From assembly GCA_951406725.2 (NCBI GenBank), contig OX597823.1, positions 66,588,001 through 66,652,000 of the forward strand: a DNA stretch of 64,000 bases. Reading direction: 5' to 3'. Numbering within the stretch: the first letter of the stretch is position 1; every line of letters begins with the position of its first letter. Below the pieces are notes generated by a model. It did not search any database. It had not been told where the DNA came from and saw nothing but the letters and a program-made list of their open reading frames with translations. The DNA comes from Octopus vulgaris. Lineage: Eukaryota. Positions 42,097 through 56,314 of the stretch are shown piece by piece. A program made the position numbers and the translations under genes.

Positions 42097-42615
42097 TAAT
42101 AATTAAAATAATAATAATAATAATCTTCGTATTATATTACTTCCTATTTCTTTAGCGCCAAGTTCGATTTTACCTTTCATCATTTCGGTTTCAATAAAAT
42201 AATATCAATCGAAAACTGGATTCGATGTAATGAATTAGCACTTCTCTCGAAATTTCAGACTTTGTAGTAGAAAGAATTATTTCTTAGTCCATTCGAAGTC
42301 CATTTCCCGCCGAGGCCAACTTTATCTTTTTTCCTTCCTGGGTCGATGAAATAAAGTACCAGATAAGTTCTGGGATGGATGATATCTACTACCCCCACTC
42401 CAAATCGTTCGCCTTTGAGTTTAAATCAGGAGTCGTTCTGATAATTATTATCTTCTCCAGCTTTTTATATTCTGAGTTCATATCCCGCTAGAGTCAAGTT
42501 TGCCTTTCACCCCCCATTCAGGGTATCAGCTTCAAGAAGCATGAAGCAAACACAAGTGCCCATGAACCCAGCTCCTCTTAAAACTGCTGGCCTTGTACCA
42601 ACATAAGATACCATA
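41192..42615. mobile_element. SINE A cluster with (AAT)n/(AATGAT)n
   Basis: Plus copy at 41192-41405, minus copy at about 41770-41953, plus fragments at 42155-42615. Confidence 0.75.
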
Positions 42616-43436
42616 AATGTTATTATTGATTCCTTAGAACGTGTATGTTTATCATTTATACATGCATTTCATTAAAATTTACAATAATTTTTTAGTTACC
42701 ATATTTATGAAGAAGTACAATGTGTTACTAACTGACATCATATCACTTACGTTATACGTTGTACTACACACACACACACATATATGTGTGTATAAATGGG
42801 AGCGCACGTTCGTCCGTGTCTGGAATTGTATGTATGTTTATTTATTATACTTATATAATTTGTATTCGGTATATGTATTTTTTGTATATATATACGTACA
42901 GAAACGTGCACAAGCATGTAACTGTAAACGCACACTCATATTTACTCATACATACACAAGCATACGCGCTCAAATACAGCCATATATACATACTTGCATA
43001 TGTGTTGTGTGCATATATGTATAAATACATATAAAAAAAAAACAAGAATATGGGCATTTATATATACACACCCATATACATGTGTATATATATATATATA
43101 TGTAATTATATGTGTGTATATATATGTACAAACATGTGTGTGCGTATATATATATGTACAAACATGCATATAAACATAGACATGTGTGTGCGTGTGTGTG
43201 TGCGTGCATATGTATTGTAATAGACGGTGTACCGCAAGTGTTTATGACATTCGATACTTCAGACTGCAAGTCTGTTCTTGCACGCTCTATAGAATATTCT
43301 ATTTTGGTTTTTCAGCCAAGGATTATGTCAGAAAGGCATGGTAGCCTCACCATCTCCTTTGATTATCCTAAAAAGCATTTGGAGACATGCAACCTATTTA
43401 TGGACTTATGACAATATTCTTTGCTTCTGTTTTCAT

Positions 43437-43475
<39 letters not shown>

Positions 43476-44319
43476 TTCATGTCGTTTATCAAAGTTCCTT
43501 TCGTGCATGCCGGTGATGAGCAGGATTCCCATTGTGACTTTCTCGGCAAGTCTTAAAACAGATAGATAGCTATCTATATATATCTCGTTTCCATACATCA
43601 ACTCTATTTCAAAGCTGTATAGTGTCACTTGTTGTATATATATATATGACTGCTATTTTTAGCTGAATGTGCTACCATGTTAAAGCTCTCCTTTTATTCT
43701 TTTATTTATTTTTGCATTTCATTTGTTGTTTTTTTTCTAGTTGTAATATCTATTTTGAAAGCTGAGTGTCTTGAAACACAGCGGGAGAATAACTACCAAG
43801 CTATAGCAATTGTTATTGTGTAACTAGAGGTCAATCTTCGTCGAGGAACACTACAATTATAGACAGTCCACCCATGCCCATCCAACCTTTATGCAAAATA
43901 TTATCTAGCGTGTCTCCCTTGTCGTATTTAAAACCAAACTTGTTGAGTATGAATTTGAGAGAGATTTAGCTGCTGTTTGTAATAGAGCAATCGACAACAT
44001 ACTCGATCCCCGGTTTCTTGATGATGAGAGAGAAAGTAGTCAGTAATCCTGTTTTACCGCCTGATATTACTAGATTTCTCTTTCGCTTAACGTTAGAACT
44101 CTTTCAGTGTAAAGTATGGATGGATAGTAGTGACACTACTTCTCACTAACTGTGCATGCTGCAAAAACTTTCCCCGAGGTAAGAATATTAACGTTTGAAT
44201 AAAGAATATTTTCATTGAACGAATATTTCATGATATGGAAATCTATAGTTATAATAATAATTGTTATTGTTGTTGTTGTTGTCATGGTTGTTGTTGTTGT
44301 TGTTATTGAGGATAATGAT

Positions 44320-45346
44320 GTTTATTCAATCTTGCCGGCGCCAGCTTTGCCTTTAATCCTGTCGCAGTCGATAAAATAAAGTCCCAGTGAAATATTGGGG
44401 CAGATTTCATCGAATAACCCTGCCAACCCTCGAACTTTAGACCCATTGTCTATGCATTACAAACAACTGCTTCGCCTTTTATTTAGATTCACACAAATGC
44501 ATAGACACAAAGAGTCGCATGTGTATATGTGTGTGTATGTTTGTACGTAGTTATATATATATATATAGATACATACACGCAAACATATGTGTGTGTGTAT
44601 GTGTGTACGTGTGTATGTATGTATGTATGTATGTATGTATATATATATGTATGTATGTATGTAATTTATGTATTTTTGTATATGCGCACACATGGGTGTA
44701 TGTATGTATGTGCGAGTGTAAGCCTTCCGGCAATTCTGTTCCTATTATCTTTCTTCTTTCTTTCTAACTCTCTTTACATTCCGTGTTCAAATCCCGCTGA
44801 GATCATATTTTGTTTTTCATCCTTTCGGAGTCAATAACGTAAGTGCCAGTGAGATATTGAGATTCGGAGTAATCAACTCACCCAACACTCACTAATATTA
44901 CTGGCTTGGGGCCAAAATTTGAAACAATTACTATTTTTGCCGATTGGCACGGGTAATTTCTCAAATATCGGTTCATCGACATTCCTGATCTGCATCAGTC
45001 AGCATCACCATCTCCCTCATCATCACCATAGTCGTCGCCATTGTCGTTGTCAACATCATCATCATCTTCATCGTAGTCGTCGTTGTAGTCGTCGTTATGG
45101 TGATCGCTGCCAACACTGTCATTATGAGCACGGTCACCATTATTCTCCACGTTAACTTTAGTAATTAAATCATTTCGTCTGCCGTGACGTTGTGAGTTCA
45201 AATTCCGCCGAGGTCGACTTTGCCTTTCATCCTTTTTGGGGTCGATAAAGTAAGTACCAGTTACACACTAGGGTTGATGTAATCGACTTAATCCCTTAGT
45301 CTTCCTTGTTTGTCCCCTCTATGTTTAGCCCTTGTGGGCAATAAAG

Positions 45347-45350
<4 letters not shown>
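44320..45350 (+). mobile_element. Three SINE A fragments
   Basis: Core motif at about 44330-44450, 44720-44930 and 45170-45350. Confidence 0.75.
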
Positions 45351-45381
<31 letters not shown>

Positions 45382-45708
45382 TGTGTGTGCGTGCGTGCTT
45401 GTGTGTGTGTGTATGTGTGTGTGTGTGTATGTGTGTGCGTGCGTGTGTGATGTTCTTTAGAAAGTTTATAAAAATTCTTATGACAACCACACCATACGAT
45501 TCTCCTTGTTAAGTATAAAGTTACTAAAACAATCAAATTTAGAGGATTTCTGTGGCTGAATTGCACATCGCTTATTGCAATTAAGGGAGATTCAGGTTCG
45601 AGTCCCAAGCGCATCTTTCGACTTTTTTCCATATTTTAAGCCAATATTTATAGGCTATCATTTATAGCCTGTATGCTTCCAGATCCAACATTCCAAAAAG
45701 CAATTATA

Positions 45709-46112
45709 CAGGCGTGGCTGTGTGGTAAGAAGCTTGCATCCCAACACATAGTCCACGGTTATGTCCCAGTGCGTGGCACTAATGTCCTCTACTATTGCCT
45801 CGGGCCGAACAAAGCGTTGTGAGAGGATTTGACAGACGGAAACTGAAAAGAAGCCCATCGTATATATATATATATATATATCACGTGTGTGTGTCTTTTT
45901 GTTTGTGTTTGTCCCCTATCATTACCTGACAACCGATGTTTGTGTGTTTATATCCTCGTAATCTATCGGTTCGGCAAAACTGACCGATAGAATACATACT
46001 AAGCTTACAAAGAAATAAGTCCTGGGGGTCAATTTCTTGACTAAAACCCTTTAAGGCGGTACTCCAGCATGGCCGCAGTTAAATGATTGAAACAAGTAAA
46101 AAAGAATAAAAG
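45709..46112 (+). mobile_element. SINE family B
   Basis: CAGGCGTGGCTGTGTGGTAAGAAGCTTGC...CCAGCATGGCCGCAGTTAAATGATTGAAACAAGTAAAA. Confidence 0.88.
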
Positions 46113-46458
46113 AAAATGTATGTATGTGTGTGTGTGAGTGTGTTTGTGTATGTGTTTGTGTGTGTGTTCCATTAAACATTTTGTTATATTTCTGAAGACA
46201 TCTTGACAACTTGAAGTCAAACTTCTGAAACTTTTAAAGAAAACCGTGGTCATGCCGATCATACATAATATAAGGACGCACATTTTGTTCTCTCGTTTAA
46301 ATTCGAGTGAATTTGTTTGCTGCTGGGATTCAAATCTTGCACGCAAGCTCCGTTTTTGCCCAGGTGACACCTATCCCCTCCTGATCAATATCCTATTATT
46401 TCGCACAGAAGATTCTTGTTATTCGGATCAATATTTTAAGTCTTATTAATGATATCAT

Positions 46459-46910
46459 TAAGGCGGCTAAATAGCAGAATCGTTAGCACGCCGGGCAAAA
46501 TACTTAGAGGCATTTCGTCTGCCGCTACGTTCTGAGTTCAAATTCCACCGAGGTCGACTTCGCCTTTCATCCTTTCGGGGTCGATAAAATAAGTATCAGT
46601 TCATAACTGGGGTCAATGTAATCGTCTTTCCCTCGCCCTACAAATTCAGGTCTTGTGCCTATAGCAGAAAGGATTATTAACGATATCATCAGGTGGCTCT
46701 ATCGAGCTGGAAGATTCGTTTCCGCACCGGACAAAATGATTAGGCAGCATTTTGTTCATCCTCACGTTCGGAGTTCAAATTCTGTCGAAGTCAACTTTAG
46801 TTTTATTCAGTTTGGGTTAGGCAAAATAAGCATTAGCTGTACATTGAGGTCGATGTCATCGACTTACTCCCTCCCTTGCAATTGCTGGCCTTGTGCCAAC
46901 ATTTGAAACC
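46459..46910 (+). mobile_element. Two tandem SINE A copies
   Basis: 46459-46678 is well conserved; about 46690-46910 is decayed. Confidence 0.85.
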
Positions 46911-46964
46911 TTTAGCAATGATATCTTATGTATATATAATCGAAATTATATATATATATATATT

Positions 46965-47183
46965 ATTCTTTCTTTATTCTTTCATTTGTTTCAATCAATT
47001 TAATCTGGCGATGCTGGAGCACCGCCTTTAGTCGAACAAATCATCCACAGGATTTATTCTTTGTAAGCCCGGTACTACTTCTATCGGTTCCCGCTAAGTT
47101 ACGGGGAAGTGAACACACCAACATCGGTTGTCAAGCGATGGTGGGAGGACAAACACAGACACACAAACATACACGCACACACG

Positions 47184-47217
<34 letters not shown>

Positions 47218-47303
47218 CGACGAGCTTTTTTCAGTTTCCGTCTACCAAATCCACTCACAATGCTTTGGTCAGCCCGAGGCTATAGTTGGCCAAGGTGCCA
47301 CGC
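46965..47303 (-). mobile_element. SINE family B, truncated
   Basis: Matches 11283-11743. Confidence 0.85.
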
Positions 47304-47330
47304 ATACATACATGCATACATACATACACA

Positions 47331-47413
<83 letters not shown>

Positions 47414-47858
47414 TCATGCACGTACACATATACACGCAGACCCGGATATTTGCGTATGAGAGGTTTTATGTGTGTGGGCGTGTGTTTAGTCAAGAGCATA
47501 TTAGTGTGTTGTATGTTGGAGATTGTTGCTTCGCAATCACGGAATTCCCGGTTTGATCTCACTCTGCGGTTCAAGGAACTGCAATACCAATACTGTATGA
47601 GTGTAATTTCGTTGATGTGAACTGCTCAAAAGTTACGCCATGTATGAATGCATTCGTGTTTATGCTTACGTTTTGTAACTAAAAATTGCCATGGATTTTC
47701 ATGGTGTCTGTTTTGGTCCCGTAAATGAGAGGTTCGATGAACTGATAATGATAAGTATGTACCGAGTGAAATAAGCCCTGGGATCGATATAATAAGATGA
47801 ATCTTTGCAGGTGGTACACCAGCATTTCCAATGAATGTGACCAATATATATGTATATA

Positions 47859-48389
47859 CAGGGTTACAGTTATCACGTAGGCACTTTAAATTTCTTTCAA
47901 AACGTTTTATTACATTTAAATTTCTATCTTACAATCATATTGTTTCTACACATCTTAATCAGATGCTCAAAGTGTCTTCCTTTTATATTGCACCATTCTT
48001 CAAACCACTTCAGAACACTTTGACACACAGTGCGGCACAAATTCCTATCTCCATCAATTTCAGTGAATGTGTCAGATATGTAATCTTTTAATTCATTTAC
48101 TGTTTTGGGATCCTTCTCATAAATCTTGTTCTTTAGAACATACCCTAAAAAGAAATCCATTGGTGTCAGGTCAGGTGAACGTGGTGGCCATTCGATGTTG
48201 CCCCGTCTTCCAAACCAACGCTGTGGAAAGGCTTGGTTAAGGTAGTCTCTTACTGTCAACGCATAACGTGGAGGCGCTCCATCTTGCTGAATAATGAGTT
48301 CATATTTCTTTTATAATTAACATCTAATCTCTTAACATATGAATACGAAAGAGATGGTAGAATGATTGTAAACCAACTTTTGGGCCACC

Positions 48390-48392
<3 letters not shown>
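47859..48392 (-). mobile_element. Internally deleted Tc1/mariner transposon, DD41D (rosa-type) transposase remnant
   Basis: QQDGAPPRYALTVRDYLNQAFPQRWFGRRGNIEWPPRSPDLTPMDFF, with 41 residues between the second and third catalytic Asp; C-terminal GRHFEHL; ends TA|CAGGGT and CCACCATG|TA. Confidence 0.85.
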
Positions 48393-48427
<35 letters not shown>

Positions 48428-48432
<5 letters not shown>

Positions 48433-48760
48433 CAAAAGTAAATTTCCAAAAATGGTTAATAGAGATATATAATCCTAGCGGGTACCGTGCTTGCTCTTAT
48501 CGGTTAACAATGCTAGTTAAACTCAGTGAATGTAGATAAACACCAGCTAGATAAATTTACTAAGATCGGTTAATCCTCACTTTAGGTAATTTCAAATGTC
48601 CTTATAAAGACTGCATATTGTCGGTAGAGAAAAATAATAAATTAATAAATATGAGAATAGAGATTAACACATCCAAGTTTTAGCGTACAGTTAATCGTGA
48701 TTAACTGTATAATAAACTTGGATATGTAAATCTCTGTTCTTCTCATCTTTATTAATATAT
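48428..48760. mobile_element. TA-inserted element terminus ending in a snap-back hairpin
   Basis: Homologous to 60732-61090; hairpin arms about 48641-48696 and 48699-48756. Confidence 0.7.
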
Positions 48761-49154
48761 ATACATACATACATACATTCATGCATACATACATGTGTAC
48801 ATATATATAATATATGTGTGTACGTGAGATATGAATGTGTCTAGGTGTGTATAAGTGCGTTGGATTTTCATGAGTTTTGGGGATTACATTCTAAATCTAT
48901 TATTCTTGTTTTGGAAATATTGTCCAGCAAATTACTAGACCAACTCAGACTCTACTGAGTGAAGCAACTGTGAGTGAAATGCATTTTTGCCGATTTCTTT
49001 CACTCAAGGCCCGAAAGTTCCGTTCATTTGTACTTATCAAGCCTAAGTGCCTCTTAGCCATTGAGTCAGTACCTCTTGGCCCTTGAGTTACTTTGTAGTT
49101 CCTGACGATTGTTAATACCATACTCGCTTATATATAAGTATGGATGGATGAAAA

Positions 49155-49490
49155 ACATGGCTCTGTGGTTAAGCAGCATGTTTTATTATCGTATCGTTTC
49201 ATGTTCATCCCAGTACGCAGTATCATACACACTCACACACTCACGTACTTACACACACATACACACATATACATATGTATGCATGTGCGTGTGAATTCTT
49301 AACCCCCAACTATTTGATGACCGCTATTGGGTCCTCGTAACTAGCGGTTCGGGAAAAGACTGATAAAATTAATACCAGGCCGTAAAAAATATATACAAGA
49401 ATCAAATCGTTAAACTGAACCGTACAAGGCATTGCTCCAGCATGGACGTAATCTATGACTGAATTTAGTAAAATATAAAAGATAAAGATA
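49155..49490 (+). mobile_element. Decayed SINE family B
   Basis: TGGCTCTGTGGTTAAG head; CTAGCGGTTCGG and GCTCCAGCATGG in the 3' half. Confidence 0.65.
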
Positions 49491-51183
49491 AAAGACGATG
49501 TATTTTTGAGTGCGTGTGGTTTGTGTATGTGTGTGTGCGTGTGGATAGATACCTATCCATATATGGACATATATGTATATATACATACATAAATTTGTAT
49601 ATGCATGCCTATACACATAAAACATGTATAGATACACTCATATAATATTGCATAGGTCGATGGACACACATATAAACACATAGACATTTAAATACACTTA
49701 TACAAACATGGAAGCATATGCATCGCCCACACAAGTTTATATTCCCATATGTTTCAAAAGTTGTATGTTTACATATACGAACATGCATCAATACATGCAT
49801 ATATACAGAATATATAAATGTTTCCACTTCATAAATTCAGTATTATGCGGATTCTTTAATTTGAAACTTCATGTTAATCAACAATATGGTTTAGGGAAAA
49901 TACCTGAGGGGAAACAGCCAGCATAATAAATAAAAAATGCGATAAATCATACACATATATTATATAGGGAATTGAATAACTTCGATTAGCTAAGTTTATT
50001 CAACCAATTATTTGACAAAATCTCTCTTCGAGGCTGTATAAAGTCCAAAATCAATATGCGGGAAAACGGACTCCCGCAAGAAATATTGGTGGGATTTTTT
50101 TTGGATGATATAGAATCATCGATACATTTGCTATTTAAAATCTAGCAGAGAAAGAAATGGAAAGGGAAATGGTCCGTTGTTTAAAGTTGAGCATATAACT
50201 GTACATCCATGCAGAAGCTATGCCTGAACATTTTGTTTTGTTTTGTTTTGAAAAACGCCATTTTACTGATGTTTATGCAAAAGAAAGATTGCCATCTTGG
50301 CACTTAGGCACCAGTAGCGACGCAGATGTTGCTGACAAATGCTAAAGCCAGAGTAAATACCATAAGGCACTTTGCTCGAGACTCGAACAGTTCTTCCCTG
50401 GAATGGTTTATTTTACCGATCCCAAGGCACAGTTGACCCTGATGAGCTTTGAATTCAGATTGTAAAGTATTGGAAACAAATACAGTGAGGCATTGTATAG
50501 AAGTCTCTAACAACTCTGCTAATTTGCCATCAAAAGCAGCTGTCCAAATCTGATAATAGAGGAATTATTTACCTTAGTCATAGTTTCTATATCATAAACA
50601 ACATTTACAAATGAAATTATGCTTAGTAATTTCTCAGATGACCCCAGCTCATCGACGTTTTGTTTAATTCTCTACATTACATATTTAAGAGACTACTGTA
50701 TATGTGTTTAGAATGTAGAATGTTTCCTTTTTATAATTTTCTTGTAGCCACGTTGTTTAGATGTATAATCAGCTCATATCTTAGCATTTTATTCTACATG
50801 TAATGGTCACTCTTAGTTTCGCCAACTGAGAAGAATATGTTCAGTTGAGGTGGATTAATTCCAAAACCTAACAGTTCCTCTTATCAGTTACCTTTACAAA
50901 TCAGTTGCACTCTAATCTTGAATGTCTACATTATGTAAAAAATTTCCATCAACTATTTTGTTTGAGAAACCTGTTGAATGTTAAACACAACAGGATGGCG
51001 TTTTTATTTGCTAATTGCTGAAAAAATCTCAGTTGGTCGAAAGTTCTCAGTTATTGCAATCATATAACCAACAGTTCCCCGTGCATAAAAATAACTATCA
51101 TTGCTACTGCTGCTACTACTACTATATAGATAGATAGATACACCGACAGGCAGAGAGGCAGACAGATAGACAGACGAGGGATG

Positions 51184-51286
<103 letters not shown>

Positions 51287-51499
51287 GTATAGGCATAGAT
51301 ATGACCTTATGCTTAGGAAGCCTGCTTTGCAACCATGGTGTTTTGGAGTCAATTTCACTGCGTAGCACCTTGAAATATTGTCGCTAGTGTCTTCTACTAA
51401 AGCTTCAGACCGACAATTAATGCTTCGTGAGTGAATATAGTTGACAGACACTATGGGCCGGCCTTCATATACGTGCGTGTGTGTGCACACGCGCGTGTT

Positions 51500-51541
<42 letters not shown>

Positions 51542-51544
51542 CTT

Positions 51545-51689
51545 AATAGCACCACCTGGTGAAGTCTTTCAAGTCAGAATTTGGGCACTATGGCCCACTC
51601 AAGTAGAGAGTTATTGTTTACAGAGACATATCCGGGTGTAGGGGGTTTATCCGAGATTTCTTGAAGGAATCTGTCCAAAGACTTCTTGA

Positions 51690-51693
<4 letters not shown>
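51545..51693 (-). mobile_element. CR1/L2-group LINE 3' end
   Basis: GFKKSLDRFLQEISDKPPTPGYVSVNNNSLLEW, resembling the FKxxLDxFL..PD.P C-terminus. Confidence 0.65.
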
Positions 51694-51720
<27 letters not shown>

Positions 51721-51722
51721 GT

Positions 51723-51760
<38 letters not shown>

Positions 51761-51791
51761 CTGTGTGTGTGTATGTGTGTGTGTGTGTATC

Positions 51792-51825
<34 letters not shown>

Positions 51826-51826
<1 letters not shown>

Positions 51827-52294
51827 AGAAGGTTGAAAAGGAACATACGAGTTTACATGTATAAGGAAAATAAGACAAGGCAGAACATGCTAAAATAATT
51901 TTATCATGAATAACATATTAGTACCGGTTTCAGTCTTTGCGACGTATACAATTTAAGAGTAAAGCATGAGAAACAATTAAATTGTGGAAAAGTTAAATGA
52001 AATATTTTCTTAAAATACTTCCATAGTTTTCAAATGGAAGGGACACTTTCCTTTTTTCTGTCTTCCAGTCTGTCACTTTTTTAGTCTTTTTTACACTTAC
52101 ACACAAGAGTAAAAAAGAGAGAGGAAGACATACACTGTGGAAATATTTTTAAAACATTTCATTTAATTTTTCCACAATTCAATTTTTTTTCCTGCTTTAT
52201 TCTAAGTTGAAAAAGTCGCAGAGGCTGAAACTGGTACTAAAATGTTCTTAGTGATAGAATTATTTTAGCATGTTCTACCTTGTCTTATTTTCCT

Positions 52295-52298
<4 letters not shown>
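51826..52298 (-). mobile_element. Old miniature fold-back relic of a PLE related to 25862-32628
   Basis: Arms at about 51860-52030 and 52135-52298 are inverted and homologous to 32430-32598. Tail 51826-51860 is homologous to 32599-32628 and is present on one arm only. Confidence 0.85.
52204..52240 (+). ncRNA. Minimal type I hammerhead ribozyme, U3-A8 variant
   Basis: AG-TTGAAAA-AGTC gcaga GGCT-GAAAC-TG-GTA-CT; stem II differs in sequence from 32510-32524 but still pairs. Confidence 0.65.
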
Positions 52299-52359
<61 letters not shown>

Positions 52360-52384
52360 GGTAAATGTTCTTAGAATACATTTT

Positions 52385-53063
52385 TTCTAGTGGTCAGCAT
52401 GCGTAATAAAAGTCAGAAAAAATAAATAGTTCTATATAATAGTGTATGATAGTTTCTACATTGAGAGGAGACCACCGTGTGGATTCCTAACATGCTAGAA
52501 AGGGCAGTCAAAACCTAAACCACGAAAAGAAAGATTCTTTTTTAAGGCATGTTGCTTGTAAGCGAGCAGGATATCTAAATAAATAAAAGTTTCAGTTAAC
52601 CCTATACCCACGAGCTTCACCATTAATGACCAAATAAATCAATTCATTAATCGATAAATAGATTAATTAACCAACCGTGGTTTGTCAGTAAAGTCACTGG
52701 CAAATGCATAATTATGAAACTATTATACGCACCGAAAAACACGATGTAAGACATATACGCATTTAGTTCCATCTTCATACATCAAGAATTCAAATCAAAT
52801 ATCCTCAAGCACCGTGTCGAGTCAGCATAGTACAGCAGTGAATAAATTTAATTGTGCATCACCCGGCCGAAGAATCGGAATATTTAACTAATATATTTAA
52901 TAATATTTAACATGGTAAAAAATTATTAAACATTATTAAAAAATAATAATGTTTACTAGTGGTGAGCAGGTGTAATGAATGTCAGAAGACATAAATAATT
53001 CTATATAATAGTGTATAAAAATTTATACATGGAGAGGAGACCACCATGTGGACTCTTAACATG

Positions 53064-53106
<43 letters not shown>

Positions 53107-53270
53107 GAGAGTGAGAGAGAGAGAAGAAAAAGGCAACTTAATGGTGAAGCTCGTGGGTATAGAGTTAACTGACACTTCTTTTTAGCATGTTAGGAGTCCA
53201 CATGCTGATCTCCTCTCTGTGTATAAATGATCATACATAACTATTATATAGAAATATTTATCTCTTGACT
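52385..53270. repeat. Local direct and inverted duplications around a (TA)n tract
   Basis: 52385-52497 matches 52952-53066 (direct). 53183-53270 is their inverse, and 53138-53173 is the inverse of 52592-52627. Confidence 0.8.
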
Positions 53271-56200
53271 GGAAGGAAGAAAGAGATGGAAGTTTTCCTT
53301 AGTTAGGTATTGCTAACTATCTTCCATTTTATAGGAAAATATGTGAATGTTAAGAAAAGTATATAAAAAGATTCAGCTAAAGTTTTGCGCTGTCACAATC
53401 CATGGGAACACCACAGATTGATTACACTAAAAAGTCTCTGGTCCAGTAGAACTGAAATATGGAATATTGCAATTAAATGGATCTGCCATACTTTAATACA
53501 ACAAGAATATTGCGAAAACTCATTGAGTCTTCTTCAGGTTTATTGCAAACAATGTTCAACAAAATGTGTTCGCTGATAAGTGGTATTGTTTTAGCACGAA
53601 AAACAGGCAATGAAGCCAATAAATTGTAAGTTTGTCACGCGGCCACAAATGTGTAAAGGATGGATAAAGCTAGTTGAATAAGCATTGGCCCTACTTTATG
53701 GTTTACGGATAAACGAATATCAATGTTGTGATACGAAATGAGAACACAATGGGATTATAATCAGCAAATTCAGCAAACCATTTGATAAACCGCTACCATT
53801 AAAGTTAAGCCATTATTCAGCTATAAATATAATTATGTCGAATTTAGTGAAAGGTCCATACGTGGTGTAGGTACGGGAAATGATGGATAATGTCACCTCC
53901 ACTTACATAAAATGTTCTTTCTTGTACCGGATTCTTAAAGGAGATAAGTTCAACATTTACCTCTCTTGATTAAAAGAACCGAAACATCAGCAGTTCATCC
54001 TTCTTTAGAACACTGTCCAGTTATCTCTGTTACCAGCAACAGCAAAAACAAAAACAACCAAAGATGGATAAACAATGATAATCATTATTTTTTAACATAG
54101 ACACAATTTTTACTTCAATAAAAACGGATGCAAGTGCAACCTGTTCGAGTCTGAATTGATGATGAGAATTTATATGCGTTTTATCCTACTCTAGAACCAA
54201 ACCATCAGTTACTTCCCTACGAAAAAAGAAAAGAATAGATAGAGAAAATAAAAGAGCAACAGCACAATAACAACATAACGACTTAAACAACTACAACGCT
54301 CGAAAATAGATAACAAGGCGTGAAATGTATTTTCTTGACTAGAAGGAAGAAAAAGATGGAAGGTTTCCCTTGTTAGAATGAACCTAAGAACTTTAAGGTC
54401 GTTAAACCTGAAATCATAAAATTTGATTCTACGGATTTTCGCAATAATCTCTTTACAAAACACTGGCCTACAAATTATTATTGTTGAAATCACTTCTCCA
54501 CCTTCCCCAGATTTTCACTGGAACGTTATCTGCAGATAACTTTTCACATTGATAAACGTTATATGGGGTATGGTTGAGTGAATAAGATACTCGACTACGT
54601 GCTTCTGAGGTGAAATACGTCAGTTTGTGTGCCGTAAGGAATGAAGGAATTTGACATTTTGTTGTGATTACTTGGAGCTTCCAAGTGTTAAATTGCTTCT
54701 TTGACCCTTCACCATACTAACTGCTATGAACTGAAGGACTTCACTACATAACATTTATATATTTCCTACGTAAATCAGCGCCTTTATTTATTTTTTACTT
54801 GCTTCTACGCCAAGAGTTAGAAACCGACTGTAGAATAGTCTATGCAGTAGTTATAATAAATGACTGCAATAGACATATCTTCCTGGAAAAGTTATTTTTG
54901 AGATATCAGAGGTCATTTCAAAGTTTTGGTGTAAATCCTGGAATAATTCTCGAATTCAAAACACATAATTAAGCTGCAGATCCTTCAAATTTGGATGGCT
55001 ATAAATCAAACTTATCAGTTGCAATTACTCGAATAACTGCTTGAAAATGGGGAAGAGATTCCACGTAACTGTCCGTGCAATGAATCGCTTAAAATAAAAA
55101 AAAAATATGGCTGCTTTTGCAAGCAAATCAAGTAATCACGTAGAGGTTTCCTTTCTAGTTTCTTCATTGCTGTATTTTTACGTTTCGTAATTAAGTAATC
55201 TCAAGATCGTCCATTACATTTATCCCTCTTGAGAATTCATTAAATAGTTTATCACTAATATAGTTTACGCTAAATGTATTGGTTTTATCGCATCCATATA
55301 GATTTCTCAGTATACGTAGATTCATAGAGCTTTTTGCCTCGTCCCATGAACATAGCCAAAAATTTACTGGCGCCTGAAGTTGTTTAAATTCATGCAATAG
55401 CAGCAGCGTTAGTTGTAATGTAGTAAAAGCAGTAGCAGTAGTCATAATAGCAGCTGCACGAGTAGAAGTTGTTTTTGTTGCTGTTGTTGGCACCGTCTTC
55501 TTCGTCATCAAACTCATTGGTATTTAGTCGTAAATCAGTTCTTATCGACCAGACAGATTTATAATCAAAGATGTTACAGCCTCAATCATTTTCGTTTGAT
55601 TGTAGATGGCCAGGATTAATAGTGTCCAATATATCTTCCATCTTTTTTGCTACAAGAAGGCAACACATGATTTGACAGCGTTTTGTTGGAGGTTTCTAGC
55701 GAATTTATTTATGCCGTACAAGAGACATACAGTGATTCGTTAGTGTTTAACTTTATGGAAATGGGTTGCTTAATAACAATCATATAGGTGGACTATAAAA
55801 CACAAAAGTAAGAACAGAAAATATGAAGAAACAAATATTAACTTATAATAATTGAATGGGTATCTCATTCAGCTTAAATTTGCAACATATACAATAACAG
55901 ACTAAAATTATTCGATTTTCCATTCATACACACACACGCACACACACACATATCTTTTATATAATGAGGTAAAATAAAAAGAAATAAAACGAATCGAATA
56001 CAACAAAAATAAAATATCAATATTGATTTTGGTTAACATCGAGTAGGAAACAAAAGCAAGAAGCTAGACAGAATTGGGGTGAGAAATGGTGTTTTGTAAA
56101 GAGTTGCAAGTCAAAGAAATAATGCAAGTGAAAGTAGGAGATTGTGCAGCAGCTGGTGGATTGGATGTATCCATTGAATAAGATATGTAGGTAAAGTAAA

Positions 56201-56314
56201 CAATCAAGAAATAACTGCTAATGTAGAAATGTGTTATAATAGATCGTCGACGTTTTGCAATAATACAATTGGAATAGAAAATAAAATATATAGTGAGGTG
56301 AATATAGCACATAC

